Assembly (NCBI GenBank): GCA_963792205.1
Contig: CAWBVI010000004.1
Coordinates: 1,012,640-1,076,639, forward strand
From: an uncultured Microthrixaceae bacterium
GTDB taxonomy: Bacteria; Actinomycetota; Acidimicrobiia; Acidimicrobiales; DATDAH01
Direction of reading: 5' to 3'
DNA: 64,000 bases
Shown here piece by piece: positions 46,625 to 59,782 of the stretch. The notes under the pieces were generated by a model that was not told the origin of the DNA, searched no databases, and saw nothing but the letters and a program-made list of their open reading frames with translations. Every line of letters begins with the position of its first letter. The stretch's first letter is position 1. The translations under genes and the position numbers were made by a program.

Positions 46625-47990
46625 CTACGCGGCGGCCAGCGCCCGGTCGAGCAGGCGGAGGGCGGCGATGGCCTCCAGGACCGTGCCCACCTCCACCAGG
46701 CGGAGACCGGCCACCGCCGGGGTGCCCTGCGGCACCACGGCCTGGCGGAAGCCGAGGCGGGCCGCTTCAGCCAGCCGGTGCTCGATGCGACCCACGGGTC
46801 GGACCTCGCCGCCGAGGCCCACCTCGCCGACGGCGACCACGTCCTCGGGCAGCGCGACGTCGTGGGCCGCCGACACCACCGCCAGCGCCAGGCCGAGGTC
46901 ACCGGCCGGCTCGGTCAGCCGCATGCCCCCGGCGGTGAGGGCGTACACCTCGCGTTTGGCGGTGATCGTCGTGACCCGGGCCTCGAGGACGGCCAGGAGC
47001 AGGGCCAGGCGGCCGCTGTCGATGCCCTGGGCCGAGCGCCGCGGCGGGACGTAGGACACCTCGGCCGTGAGCGCCTGCACCTCGACCAGGATCGGGCGGT
47101 GCCCGTCGAGCGTCGGCACGACGACCGAGCCGGGGACCCCCGGGCGCCGACCGGCGAGGAACAGCCCGCTCGGATCGGGGACGCCGACGAGACCCGACTC
47201 GGTCATCTCGAGCACGCCGAGGTCGTCGGTGGACCCGTAGCGGTGCTTGACCGCGCGGAGGAGCCGCAGCGCGTGGTGGCGGTCACCCTCGAAGGCCAGG
47301 ACGGTGTCGACCACGTGCTCGAGGGCCTTGGGGCCGGCCAGACCGCCCTCCTTGGTCACCTGGCCGACGAGCACCACAGCCGCGCCGCGGGCCCGGGCCT
47401 CGGTCACGAGGCGCTGGGCCACGGCCCGGACCTGGATGAGGGACCCGGGCGCGGAGGGCACCTGCGGATCGAACGCGGTCTGGACGGAGTCCACCACCAC
47501 CAGGTCGGGCCGGATCTCGTCGGCGGCGACCAGGAGGTGCTCGATCGACGCCTCGCCGTGGAGCCAGAGGCGGTCGCCGGCCAGACCGAGGCGCTCGGCC
47601 CGGCCCCGCACCTGCACCCGGGACTCCTCGGACGAGGCGTAGAGCGCCGTCCGTCCGGACGCGGCGACCGCCGCCGCGACCTGGAGCAGCAGGGTGGACT
47701 TGCCCATGCCCGGCGCCCCACCGAGGACGGTGACCGAACCCGGGACGAGACCGCCGCCCAGGACCCGGTCGGCCTCGTCGACGCCCGTGGGGGCCGGGCG
47801 GCGCTCGTCGGTGGGCACGTCGGACAGGAGCAGGGCGGGCTCGCCGCCCGGGCCGACCGGAGGGCGGCCAGGCGGCGCCGATTCCTCTGACGAGCGTGTT
47901 CCACGCCCCACAGGACGGGCACTGCCCCGACCACTGCGGCGCCGGAGCGGCGCAGGTGGAGCAGCGGTGCACGGTGCGGGGTCGGCCCAT
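46625..47990 (-). CDS. radA: DNA repair protein RadA/Sms; one frameshift near 47889
   Basis: Zn finger CSTC..WSGQCPSCGAWNTL, GAPGMGKST, DSVQT, AGPKALEHVVD, KHRYG and GEVGLGGEVR. Confidence 0.92.
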
Positions 47991-48039
47991 GGGCCGACCC
48001 TACGGAGGGGGTGGGACAGCCACCCGGGCCCGTGGCTCC

Positions 48040-49746
48040 CTAGGCGTCCACCCAGACCTGGGTCAGGCTGACGGCGCCGTTCGCCCCGACACCCTGGACG
48101 ATGCCCTCGCTGTCGTCGGGCAGGACGAGCGGCGTCTGCACCCCGTGGACGTCGTTCTGGTAGGCCATGAGCCAGAACGTCCAGTCGGCCCACACGTTGT
48201 AGACCTGCTCGCCGAACCGGCGATTGATGGCCTCCGCTGCCGCGGTGCGCTCGGCTTCGTCGGTGGACTCCCGCAGGACCTGCAGGTTCTCGTCGATCAC
48301 GTCGTCCTGGAACCGCCCGAAGTTCAGGGCGATGTCCCCGAGGGGATCGGCGTTCTCGCTGTGCCACCACACCCGCTCGGTCTCGGGGTCGACGCCGCCG
48401 TGGCCGCGCCAGGTGAAGACCTCGAAGTTGCCCAGCACCGCCTGCTGGATGAACTCGCCCTGCTCCGTCTGGTCGATCTCGATCTCGATGCCCACGTCGG
48501 CCAGGTTCTGGGCGATGAGCTCGACGGTCAGCCGGTTGTCGGGATCGGCGGTGGTCCGGTAGCTGATGACGATCGGCCCGTTCTCCGCCTCGTACTCCTC
48601 GACGATGGCGGCGGCCGCCTCCGGGTCGTAGGCGGGATAGCCGGAGTCCTCCAGATACCCCTCGGTCCCCGGTGAGAAGGGCCCGTTGGCGATCTCGAAC
48701 ACGCCGGCGGAGCGCGACTGGTTCCGGAACTCCTGGTCGACCGCCATGGCGAAGGCCCGGCGCACCTCGACGTCCTGGATCGGCGAGTCGGCGGCGACGT
48801 TCATCAGGGCGTAGCTGGTGCCGGAGCGTTCGGTCATCTCGAAGACCTGGAGGGTCCCGTCGTCGGCCAGCTCGCGCAGGTCCTCGATGTCGGGGCCGCG
48901 GTCGGTGTGGGTGATGTCGACCTCACCGGACTGCAGGGCCCGCGCCCGGGTGGCGTCCTCCTCCTGCACCAGGAACTCGATCTCGTTCAGGTACGGGTAG
49001 GGCTGGCCGTCGGGGGCCGTCAGCCAGTAGTCCTCGTTGGCCGTCATGCGGAAGTTGTTGCCCGGGTTGTACTCGGCGAACACGAACGGGCCGGTGCCCA
49101 CGGGTTCGGTCTCGGAGGCGCGACCGGCCTCGACGTCGGCCAGCCAGGTCGGCGAGGCGACGTAGCCTGGTTGGGCGGCGAAGTAGAGGGGGAAGTCGAC
49201 CCAGGGCGTCTCGGTGGAGATCACGACCGACATCTCGTCGACCTTCTCCACGTTGGTGATGGCCTGCAGGGCGTTGCCCACGAGCGTGCTGTTCGCCATG
49301 CGGTCGAAGTGGTCGAGCAGGGCGTCGGCGTCGAACGGCGTGCCGTCGTGGAAGGTGACCCCCTCCCGAGCCGTGAACGTCCACTCGTCGTAGGTGGCGT
49401 TGGACTCGAACGATTCCAGGAGGAAGGGGTGCGGCTCGAGGTCGGCACCGACGAAGGTCAGGGTGTCGTAGATGCCGCGGATGGCCTGGTGGCAGGAGGT
49501 GTCACAGATCATCTGCGCCGGCGTCCACGGGCTCGAGGTCTCCGCCTCGCGGGCGTACACCAGCCGGCCGCCCCGGACCGGCTCCGCCGTCGCATCGGGG
49601 TCGCCCTCCGACTCCTCGCCCCCCGACTCCTCGCCGCCGCCTCCCCCGCCCGTGTCGTCGGACCCGCCACAGGCGGCCGCGACCAGGCCCAGCGCGAGCA
49701 GCGCGGCCGCGAGCCGCCACCAGAGACGTCGAGTGCGCACGGTCAT
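48040..49746 (-). CDS. Peptide/nickel-type ABC substrate-binding lipoprotein (SBP family 5)
   Basis: Lipobox VAAAC, REGVTFHDGTPFDA, PVGTGPF and DVEVRRA. Confidence 0.9.
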   Translation of the reverse strand: MTVRTRRLWWRLAAALLALGLVAAACGGSDDTGGGGGGEESGGEESEGDPDATAEPVRGGRLVYAREAETSSPWTPAQMICDTSCHQAIRGIYDTLTFVGADLEPHPFLLESFESNATYDEWTFTAREGVTFHDGTPFDADALLDHFDRMANSTLVGNALQAITNVEKVDEMSVVISTETPWVDFPLYFAAQPGYVASPTWLADVEAGRASETEPVGTGPFVFAEYNPGNNFRMTANEDYWLTAPDGQPYPYLNEIEFLVQEEDATRARALQSGEVDITHTDRGPDIEDLRELADDGTLQVFEMTERSGTSYALMNVAADSPIQDVEVRRAFAMAVDQEFRNQSRSAGVFEIANGPFSPGTEGYLEDSGYPAYDPEAAAAIVEEYEAENGPIVISYRTTADPDNRLTVELIAQNLADVGIEIEIDQTEQGEFIQQAVLGNFEVFTWRGHGGVDPETERVWWHSENADPLGDIALNFGRFQDDVIDENLQVLRESTDEAERTAAAEAINRRFGEQVYNVWADWTFWLMAYQNDVHGVQTPLVLPDDSEGIVQGVGANGAVSLTQVWVDA

Positions 49747-49817
49747 GATCTCCCCCGGGTGTCAGGCCGTCGGGCGAGAACGTACCGCGTCGGCCCGGGC
49801 GGCCGGCCGCGGGGTGG

Positions 49818-50060
49818 CTACCGCCGGCTGCTCACCGCGCGGTCGATGAGCATCAGGACGATCGCCCCGACGATCGAGCCGATGATCCCGCTCGGGCGCA
49901 GCGCGAGGCCGTCACCGGCGAGGAGGCTGGCCAGGAGGCCACCCACGAAGGAGCCGAGCAGGCCGTAGCCGATGCGCTTGCCCCAGGACTCGGTACCGGT
50001 GATCCAGCCGGCGATGAAGCCGACGATGATGCCGAAGCCGAGGATGGCGAAGATGAGCAT
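49818..50060 (-). CDS. GlsB/YeaQ/YmgE-family small membrane protein
   Basis: IIVGFIAGWI..GLLGSFVGG..IGSIVGAIVL. Confidence 0.85.
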   Translation of the reverse strand: MLIFAILGFGIIVGFIAGWITGTESWGKRIGYGLLGSFVGGLLASLLAGDGLALRPSGIIGSIVGAIVLMLIDRAVSSRR

Positions 50061-50120
50061 CGGCGGAGTCTGGCACGCCCATCCAGGAGGGGGTGCGAGG
50101 TCCGCACCGGGTTTCCCCGA

Positions 50121-50867
50121 TCAGCGGCGGAAGGCGCCTCGGAGCAGGCGGAAGACCAGCACCAGGACCAGGAGGACGACGGCAGCGGCCGCGCCCGCGG
50201 CCAGCCCCCACACGAGGGTGTTGCGCTCCTCGGTGCTGGCCTCCATGGGGACCGGCTCGTCGCCCAACCTGGCCTCGAAGGTGGTGGTCTCCGTGCGGTC
50301 ACCCTCGGGCAGCGTGATCTCGAAGGTGAACGACGTCAGCTCGCTGATCGGTGCGCCCAGCTCGGCTTCCAGTGCCTCCAGGTCCCGCCCGACGGGGAAG
50401 CCGTCGAGCAGCTGGGTCAGGGCACGGTCGCTGAACGTGGCGATGCCGCGGGAGAGGTCGAGGGTGCCGGTGAACTCGTAGGTGGTGCGGCCGAAGCTGC
50501 GCTCCCGGGTGAGCGACGGGTCGAGGATCGGCCCCCGGGTCCCGCCGATCTCGCCCAGGACGACGGCCAGCTGCTCGGGCTCGAAGAAGGCCTTCGTCGC
50601 GGTGATGGTGACGCCACCGCCCTCGAGCGGCTCGGGCCCGGTGATCTCCCAGCCGGTGCGGCGCAGGTCCCGGACGCGGAGCTGCTCGGCGAGGTCGGGG
50701 ATGCGGTCGGCGGCCTCCTGGTCGAGCACCACCTCGACGGTGACGGTCCCGGACCCGTCCTCGGCCACCTCGACCCGGACCGCCGAGTCGACCCGGCACC
50801 CCGTCAGCAGCAGGACCAGGAGCGCGACGGCGCCCAGACGCGTTCTGGCGCCTGATCTGCCGGTCAT
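50121..50867 (-). CDS. Lipoprotein with C-terminal TM anchor (LppM/DUF3153-like)
   Basis: Lipobox LLTGC, VAEDGSGTV, ITLP and a C-terminal TM. Confidence 0.7.
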   Translation of the reverse strand: MTGRSGARTRLGAVALLVLLLTGCRVDSAVRVEVAEDGSGTVTVEVVLDQEAADRIPDLAEQLRVRDLRRTGWEITGPEPLEGGGVTITATKAFFEPEQLAVVLGEIGGTRGPILDPSLTRERSFGRTTYEFTGTLDLSRGIATFSDRALTQLLDGFPVGRDLEALEAELGAPISELTSFTFEITLPEGDRTETTTFEARLGDEPVPMEASTEERNTLVWGLAAGAAAAVVLLVLVLVFRLLRGAFRR

Positions 50868-50891
50868 GACCGGGAAATCAGGCGCCAGTAC
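50841..50891 (-). repeat. 51-bp palindromic REP-like element, copy 1
   Basis: CTGGCGCCTGAT...CCGGTCATGACCGG...ATCAGGCGCCAG; aligns without gaps to copy 2. Confidence 0.8.
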
Positions 50892-50906
50892 AGCGGGTCA
50901 GGATGA

Positions 50907-53426
<2,520 letters not shown>

Positions 53427-53655
53427 GATGCTCCTCCCGGATGTAGGGCTCCTGGTTGGCCAAGTCTACCGACGACCCCTTCGTACGCACGTCGGCCGGT
53501 GAGGGGGGTGCCGCAAGGGATTCGACCCCCACGGTGCCACACCGTGACGTGAACAACGGGTACGGCACCGTCCTGCTTCCCGGATCGCCAGTGGCCGTGG
53601 TCACAGGGCCCGATCGGGCTACCGCCCACGAGAGGTCCGCGCCTATCGTCGCCCC

Positions 53656-54645
53656 GTGGCCGGGAACCCCCTCACCCGACTCCCCGGCATGGCTGACGAC
53701 CTCGACCGGGTGGAAGTCACCCTGGCCGAGTGGGTCCAGGCCGACGACGCCTTCCTCACCGAGGTGGCCAGCCACCTGATCCGGGCCGGCGGCAAGCGGG
53801 TCCGGCCCGCCTTGACGATGGCGGCGGCCCGGTCGGCCGACGCCGGCCCGTCAGCCGCCACGCAGGAAGCGGTGCTCGGCGGGGTCGCCGTCGAGCTCGT
53901 GCACCTCGGCTCGCTCTACCACGACGACGTCATGGACGACGCCACCACCCGGCGCACGGTGGAGAGCGTCAATGCCCGGTGGGGCAACCTCAAGGCCATC
54001 CTCGCCGGCGACTTCCTGCTCGCCCGGGCGTCGGAGATCGCGGCCGGCCTCGGCACCGAGGTGGCCGGCCTGCTGGCCGCCACGATCGCCCGCCTCTGCG
54101 AGGGGCAGGTGCGCGAGCTCCAGGACGCCTATGTCGTCGGCCGCACCGAGGACGCCTACTTCGCCTCGATCCAGGGCAAGACCGCCGCCCTGTTCGCCTC
54201 GTCGTGCCGCATCGGCGCCCTCGTCGCCGGCTTCGAGCGCGACCGCATCGAAGCCCTCACCCGGTTCGGCCGGTCCTACGGCATGGCCTTCCAGGTCATC
54301 GACGACGTCCTCGACGTGGTCGCCTCCTCCGAGCAGCTGGGCAAGCCCGCCGGCCACGACCTCGTGGAGGGCGTCTACACGCTGCCCACCATCCGGGCCC
54401 TCCAGGGGACGACCGGCGGGGACCTCGCCGGCCTGCTCGGCCATCCGCTCGAGCCCGACGAGGTCGACGAGGCGCTCAGCCTCATCCGCAGCGACGGCGC
54501 GGTGCCGGGGTCCCTGGCCACCGCCCGCTCGTACGTGGACGAGGGCCGGGCCGCGCTCGACGACCTCGGCCCCTCCCGGGTGGTCGACGCCATGGCCGAG
54601 GCCAGCGACGTCCTCGTCGCCCAGATCGCCGACTTCACTCCCTGA
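53656..54645 (+). CDS. Polyprenyl diphosphate synthase (heptaprenyl/GrcC-like)
   Basis: GGKRVRP, YHDDVMD, GDFL, KTA, FQVIDDVLD and GKPAGHDL. Confidence 0.93.
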   Translation: MAGNPLTRLPGMADDLDRVEVTLAEWVQADDAFLTEVASHLIRAGGKRVRPALTMAAARSADAGPSAATQEAVLGGVAVELVHLGSLYHDDVMDDATTRRTVESVNARWGNLKAILAGDFLLARASEIAAGLGTEVAGLLAATIARLCEGQVRELQDAYVVGRTEDAYFASIQGKTAALFASSCRIGALVAGFERDRIEALTRFGRSYGMAFQVIDDVLDVVASSEQLGKPAGHDLVEGVYTLPTIRALQGTTGGDLAGLLGHPLEPDEVDEALSLIRSDGAVPGSLATARSYVDEGRAALDDLGPSRVVDAMAEASDVLVAQIADFTP

Positions 54646-54652
54646 CCGTGCC

Positions 54653-54703
54653 CTTCTGGCGCCCGATCGAGGCGCCATGACGCCCGGATCAGGCGCCAGA
54701 ACG
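54653..54703 (+). repeat. 51-bp palindromic REP-like element, copy 2
   Basis: TTCTGGCGCCCGATC...GGCGCCATGACGCC...GATCAGGCGCCAGAA. Confidence 0.8.
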
Positions 54704-55474
54704 GTGACGTGCGAGCTCGGGTTCGAGGTCGCGCCCGGAACCGTCCTGGCCCTGCAGGTCGCCGCCGTCGCGCCGCAGGCGGAGTCGCTCGTGGTCACGC
54801 TCGACGACGCGCCCGTGGACGTCGAGGAGCTGGCCGTCGAAGCGGGCGGCCGCGCCCACGTGGTGCGGGCCGGGCCAGGTGCGCTGGCGGTCACCTACTC
54901 GGCGACCGTGCCCGCCCGATCGGCCCCCGACGCTGGGCCCGAGCTCGACGCCGAGGCCCTGACCGCCCTCCGTCAGAGCCGGTACTGCCCGTCGGACGCG
55001 CTGATGGGCTTCGCCCGCGTCGAGCTGACGGGCGCCACGCCGGCAGAGGTCGGCGAGTGGGTCCACGCCCGCCTGGCCTACGAGCTCGGCGTGAGCACGT
55101 CGCAGACCACGGCCATCGACACCCTCGGCGCCGGGTCCGGCGCCTGTCGGGACTTCGCCCACGTCACCATCACGCTGTTGCGGGCGCTCGGCATCCCGGC
55201 CCGGCTCGTCGCCGTCTACGCCCCCGGCCTCGACCCCATGGACTTCCACGCCGTCACCGAGGCCCGCGTGGGTGGGGCCTGGGAGGTCGTCGACGCCACG
55301 CGCCTGGCGCCCCGGTCGTCCCTGGTCCGCATCGCCACCGGCCGGGACGCCGCCGACACCGCCTTCGCCAGCACCGTCGCCGGCGACGCACGACTCCTCA
55401 CCCAACTGGTCATCGCCGTGGTGGAGGGCGACCTGCCGGCCGACGACCACACCGGCCTCGCGCGGCTCCCCTAG
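54677..55474 (+). CDS. Transglutaminase-like family protein
   Basis: SRYCPSD, GACRDFAH, PARLVAVYAPG, DFHAV, DAT and GRDAAD. Confidence 0.9.
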   Translation: MTPGSGARTVTCELGFEVAPGTVLALQVAAVAPQAESLVVTLDDAPVDVEELAVEAGGRAHVVRAGPGALAVTYSATVPARSAPDAGPELDAEALTALRQSRYCPSDALMGFARVELTGATPAEVGEWVHARLAYELGVSTSQTTAIDTLGAGSGACRDFAHVTITLLRALGIPARLVAVYAPGLDPMDFHAVTEARVGGAWEVVDATRLAPRSSLVRIATGRDAADTAFASTVAGDARLLTQLVIAVVEGDLPADDHTGLARLP

Positions 55475-55481
55475 CCTCGGG

Positions 55482-57821
55482 CTACTCGCGGCGGAGGAGC
55501 TCCGCGACCTCGAGCCGGGAAGCGCGGCGGGTCGGGATGGCGGCGGCGAGCAGGCCGACCACTAGCGCCACGGGGAGCACCAGCGCCAAGACGAGGACCG
55601 GCACGGCCAGGTCGGACGCCACGAACAGGCTGTCGGCCAGTTGCCGCCAGGCCAGGTTGCCCAGGAGCAGGCCGACCGGGATGCCGACGCCGACACCCAC
55701 GGTCACCATGATCACGGTCATCGCCAGCACCGACAGCACGGTGTCCCGGGGCCGGGCCCCGAGCGCCCGGAGCAGGGCGAGGTCGTTGCCCCGACGGCGG
55801 ACGGTCACCACCAGGGCGTGGCCGAGCAGGCCGAGGCCGAGCAGACCGGCGGCGGCGGCGAGGATCAGCGGGAGGTTGCGGACCTGGGCCACATCCCGAA
55901 GTCGGGCGGGCGGCGCGAATCGCTCGATCTCGTAGTCCTGGGCCAGCTCCGCCGATGCGGCTTCGACGTCGACGCCCGGGGCGTAGCGCAGCATGACCTC
56001 CCGGAAGCTCCCACGGCTGGACACCTCGCGGCGGATCTCGTCGTCCACGACGGCGGTGTCGGCGTACCGGTCCCCGGTGTCGCCGCGAGCCAGCACGATG
56101 CCGACGATGGTGGCGTCGCGGTCGACCTCGTCCAGCCTGACCGTGTCACCGAGGCCCTTGCCCAACCGGGAGACCAGCGCCGGGCCGAGGGCCACCTCGG
56201 CGGGGCCCGACGGCGGCCTCCCCGACACGTAGTTGAAGCCGATGGAGCCCTTCAGGACATCCGTCCCGAACGTGTCTCGCCGGGTGCCGTCGATGACGAG
56301 GTCGAAGCCCCGCACCTCGAGCACCGCCTCGACGTCGGGGTCACCCAGGACCTGGGTGACGAGCTCGTCCTGGGCGTCGGCCACGAGCAGGTCGCCGGGC
56401 GAGCCATAGCGCTCCGGCGTGTCGACCAACCGGTCGAGGCTGGCGGCGAAGGCGGCGGAGCCGACCACGGCCGCCACCGCCACCACCCCGCCGACCAAGG
56501 CGGCCCGGACGGGGGCGGCGGCCCCACCCCGGCCCCGCTCGAAGGCGAGGCCGGTCCCCACGGTGACCGGCATCGGCAGGCTGGACGTCGTCCAACGGCC
56601 GAGCAGCGGGGACCCGCTCGGCCGGATGCCCGGTTCCCGGCGGCTGGCCCGAAGGGCGACCAGGCCGACCACGAGGAAGAACAGGACCAGGGCGACCACG
56701 ACGCCGATCCCCAGGACGGCGAGGTTCACCTCCACCCCGGGCGACGGCTCGACCTCGCGGGCGACCCCGATGGGCAGCAGCGGGGACAGGGCGATGGCGC
56801 CGCCGACGGTGATGGCCACCACAAGGGGCGCGGACACGAGGGCGAAGGGCATGAGGGCGACCAAGAGGCGCTGGCGGCGCTCGAAGCCGAGGGCGAGCAG
56901 GGCGGGGTGGATCCCGAGGCCCCGGGTGAGGTGGCGCAGCGCGGTCTGGGCCACGCCCAGGAGCCCGACGACCAAGCCGGCGACGCCCGCCAGGAGCAGG
57001 CCCCGGGCGACCACCCCCGCCGCCGACTGGTAGCGGTCCCGGTCGTCTGCCGCCAGCTTGAGGTCGTAGACGCCGAGCTCGGCCGCGTCGTCCGGGAGGT
57101 CGAACTCTTCGGAGAGCTCGAGGACGCCGGCTTCGAAGCTGGCGACCGAACCCGGCTGGTCCGACAGCTCCATCATGGCGCCGTCGCCCCCACCGCCCTC
57201 GGCGGCGATGGCGGCGAAGGCGGGTGACCCGAGGATCCCCACCTGCTCGGTCGTCTCGTTGCCGGCGACCGTGAACGTGCCGACCAGCTCGAGGTCCAGG
57301 GTCGGGCCGTCGGGCTCGCCGAACCCTTCGTCGAAGGACTCGAACTCGTCCTGGGTCAGCAGGCCGACCCGCAGCACATCGCCCACCGCGACGTCGAACG
57401 CCTCCGCCAGCCCGGCGGCGATCGCCACCTCGCCGGCGGCGTCGTCGACCGGCAACCGGCCCTCCTCCACCTTCGGGGTGAAGATCCCCGGCGGTCGGGG
57501 CGGTCCAGAGACGATCGACAGGTACACGACCTCGGGGACGTCGAGTACCTGGGACACGACACCGCGGAGGCGCCACACCTCCTCGACCTCGGGGAGGTCG
57601 GCGACGGCGTCGACGAAGGCGGGGTCGACGAAGCTGACCAGGGTGGCGTCGGGCTGGCCGGTCAGGTCGGCGAGGCGGTCGTAAGCCGTGTCCGATCGGC
57701 GGGCCCCGGCGACCGCGGTGACGACGGACGCGCCGACGACTCCCGCCAGCAGGCCGATGAGGACGAGCGCGACCCAGCGCCGCCGAATCTCCGCGCGGAC
57801 CAAGAGGCCGATTCCGCCCAT
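55482..57821 (-). CDS. FtsX/MacB-like ABC permease (duplicated permease domains)
   Basis: AGARRSDTAY, two extracytoplasmic domains and VRRRGNDLALLRALG. Confidence 0.88.
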   Translation of the reverse strand: MGGIGLLVRAEIRRRWVALVLIGLLAGVVGASVVTAVAGARRSDTAYDRLADLTGQPDATLVSFVDPAFVDAVADLPEVEEVWRLRGVVSQVLDVPEVVYLSIVSGPPRPPGIFTPKVEEGRLPVDDAAGEVAIAAGLAEAFDVAVGDVLRVGLLTQDEFESFDEGFGEPDGPTLDLELVGTFTVAGNETTEQVGILGSPAFAAIAAEGGGGDGAMMELSDQPGSVASFEAGVLELSEEFDLPDDAAELGVYDLKLAADDRDRYQSAAGVVARGLLLAGVAGLVVGLLGVAQTALRHLTRGLGIHPALLALGFERRQRLLVALMPFALVSAPLVVAITVGGAIALSPLLPIGVAREVEPSPGVEVNLAVLGIGVVVALVLFFLVVGLVALRASRREPGIRPSGSPLLGRWTTSSLPMPVTVGTGLAFERGRGGAAAPVRAALVGGVVAVAAVVGSAAFAASLDRLVDTPERYGSPGDLLVADAQDELVTQVLGDPDVEAVLEVRGFDLVIDGTRRDTFGTDVLKGSIGFNYVSGRPPSGPAEVALGPALVSRLGKGLGDTVRLDEVDRDATIVGIVLARGDTGDRYADTAVVDDEIRREVSSRGSFREVMLRYAPGVDVEAASAELAQDYEIERFAPPARLRDVAQVRNLPLILAAAAGLLGLGLLGHALVVTVRRRGNDLALLRALGARPRDTVLSVLAMTVIMVTVGVGVGIPVGLLLGNLAWRQLADSLFVASDLAVPVLVLALVLPVALVVGLLAAAIPTRRASRLEVAELLRRE

Positions 57822-57906
57822 TGGCCCCAGTTGACCGTGACAACCGCCGTGCCACAACCCGACCGGCACACCACATCGAGGTGGTGCCAGCACCCGGGAG
57901 CGCGGC

Positions 57907-58749
57907 TCAGGCGGCGGGCAGCCTCGTGACCGCGCCGGCGGCCTCGGCCGTAACCGTGTCGAGGAAGCTCCGGACGGTGTCGTTGAACACCTTGGCGTGC
58001 TCGAACATGAACCCGTGGGCCCCGCCCCGGACCACGGCGAGCAGGCTGCCGGGGATGGCCTCCGCCACCTCCTCGGCGTCGGCCATCGGGGTGAGCACGT
58101 CCTGGCTCCCGACGATCACCAGCGTCGGCGCGGTGATGCCGGCCAGGGCGAAGCTCAGGGTCTCGTCGGCCTGGAGGATGGCATCGACCTGGGCCGCGAA
58201 GGCATCGGGCTCGGCGTTGAGGGCCAGCCCGCCGAAGAGGTTCAACACGGGCCAGAAGCGGCGGATCGAACGGGGGCCGACAAGCCACTTGGCGTTGCGC
58301 TGGGCGAACTCCCGCATCCCGTGGTCGAGCGCCGTCGCCTTCCACCCCGCCAACAGCTCGCGCCGCCATGGCTCGTGGCGGCAGGCGGTGCAGGCGAGGA
58401 CGAGGGAACGGACCCGCTCGGGGTGCAGCACGCCGAGGATCTGGGCGATGACCCCGCCCATCGACGCCCCCATGACGTGGGCCGACGCCCAGCCCACCTC
58501 GTCCATGGCCGCCAGGACGTCCTCCGCCATCTGACCGAGGTCGTAGGGGCCCGGAGGCCGGTCGGAATCGCCGACGCCGCGGTTGTCGACCAGCAGGAGG
58601 TCGTAGCGCTGGCCGAGGGCGCCGCGCTGCATGAGCCAGCCCCGACGGTCGGCGCCCAGCCCCTGGATGAGGACGAGCGGCTCACCGTCTTCCTGGCCGC
58701 ACCGCTCGTACGCGATGCGGGTCCCGTCAGCAGCGGTGGCGTACGGCAC
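57907..58749 (-). CDS. Alpha/beta-fold hydrolase
   Basis: DNRGVG, GASMGG nucleophile elbow, GSQD and AHG. Confidence 0.92.
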   Translation of the reverse strand: MPYATAADGTRIAYERCGQEDGEPLVLIQGLGADRRGWLMQRGALGQRYDLLLVDNRGVGDSDRPPGPYDLGQMAEDVLAAMDEVGWASAHVMGASMGGVIAQILGVLHPERVRSLVLACTACRHEPWRRELLAGWKATALDHGMREFAQRNAKWLVGPRSIRRFWPVLNLFGGLALNAEPDAFAAQVDAILQADETLSFALAGITAPTLVIVGSQDVLTPMADAEEVAEAIPGSLLAVVRGGAHGFMFEHAKVFNDTVRSFLDTVTAEAAGAVTRLPAA

Positions 58750-58801
58750 GCAGCCCCGAAGTTACTCCACCGCGAACGGTCAGTGAACAACCGCGAGCGC
58801 G

Positions 58802-59782
58802 TCAGGCGGCGGAGGACTGGCTGGGGCGCAGGTAGACGACCGGGGCCCAGTCGTAGAGCGAGCGGACGACGGCTTCGGTCGTCCGGGACGGCGCCAGGCC
58901 CAGCGCCTCGGCCGCTCGGCTGCCCTCGGCTCGGCGGCCGCGCAGGAGCAGCTCGTGGACGTGCGACGGGATGGGGTGGCCGATCAACCGGCTGATCGCC
59001 CGCGCCGGGATCCACCCGGGAGCCACGATGGGCAGGGGCAGGCGGCCGCCCAGGCGAGCCGCGGCCAGCGGGGTGATGGTCCCGTCGGCCACCACGTTCA
59101 CCGGTCCGTCCACCTTGCGGCGCACGGCGGCGAGGAAGGCGGCGGCGGCGTCCTCCACGTCGAGCAGGCTGAACTCGGCGGGCGCCAGCGCGGTCAGGGA
59201 GAGCGCGTTCACGGGCACGACCGGCGAGCGCAGGACCCGGCTCAGCGGGCTCGGGTACTGCACCCCGACGGTGGGGGCGAAGCGGAGCAGCGCCACGGGA
59301 ACCTCCGCCATCCGTCCCGCGGCCGCCGCTTCGCCTTCGACCGCGGCCAGCGTCCGCCCGTAGGGGGAGGTGGGCCGGACCGGGTCGGCTTCGGTGGGCC
59401 GGGCCGCCGAGCCCGGGCCACGGCCGTAGACCTCGATGCCCGAACGGACGACCAGGTGCTCGAGCCGCCCCGCGGCCACGGCCGCGCCGAGGGCGGCGCG
59501 GGTCCCGAGGGTGGTCCGGGCGTGCGCGGCGGCCGGGGTGGCGCGGGCATCGGGCTCCCACACGCCCAGGTGGACCACGACGGTGGGGGCGAACTCCCGG
59601 ACCGCCGCCGCGGTGCGCTCCGTGTCCCGCGGGTCGATGCGCCGGAACTCACTGCGCCGGAGGCGGCGCCGCGGCGGATGCGCGTCGAGCCCGAGCACGG
59701 CCTCCACGGCCGGGTCGGCCTCGACCAGGGCTGCGGTCTTGGCCCCGAAGTCGCCCCCCATGCCCGTGACGAGGACCCGCAT
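58802..59782 (-). CDS. NAD-dependent epimerase/dehydratase-family protein
   Basis: [22 protein letters not shown] and SPYG; TGATG coupling to lysS. Confidence 0.85.
   Translation of the reverse strand: MRVLVTGMGGDFGAKTAALVEADPAVEAVLGLDAHPPRRRLRRSEFRRIDPRDTERTAAAVREFAPTVVVHLGVWEPDARATPAAAHARTTLGTRAALGAAVAAGRLEHLVVRSGIEVYGRGPGSAARPTEADPVRPTSPYGRTLAAVEGEAAAAGRMAEVPVALLRFAPTVGVQYPSPLSRVLRSPVVPVNALSLTALAPAEFSLLDVEDAAAAFLAAVRRKVDGPVNVVADGTITPLAAARLGGRLPLPIVAPGWIPARAISRLIGHPIPSHVHELLLRGRRAEGSRAAEALGLAPSRTTEAVVRSLYDWAPVVYLRPSQSSAA

Noticed and set aside
55482-57821. Orphan ABC permease (and orphan family-5 SBP at 48040-49746) as a novel system
   Set aside because: Stand-alone ABC components that share distant partners are common; nothing else distinctive was seen
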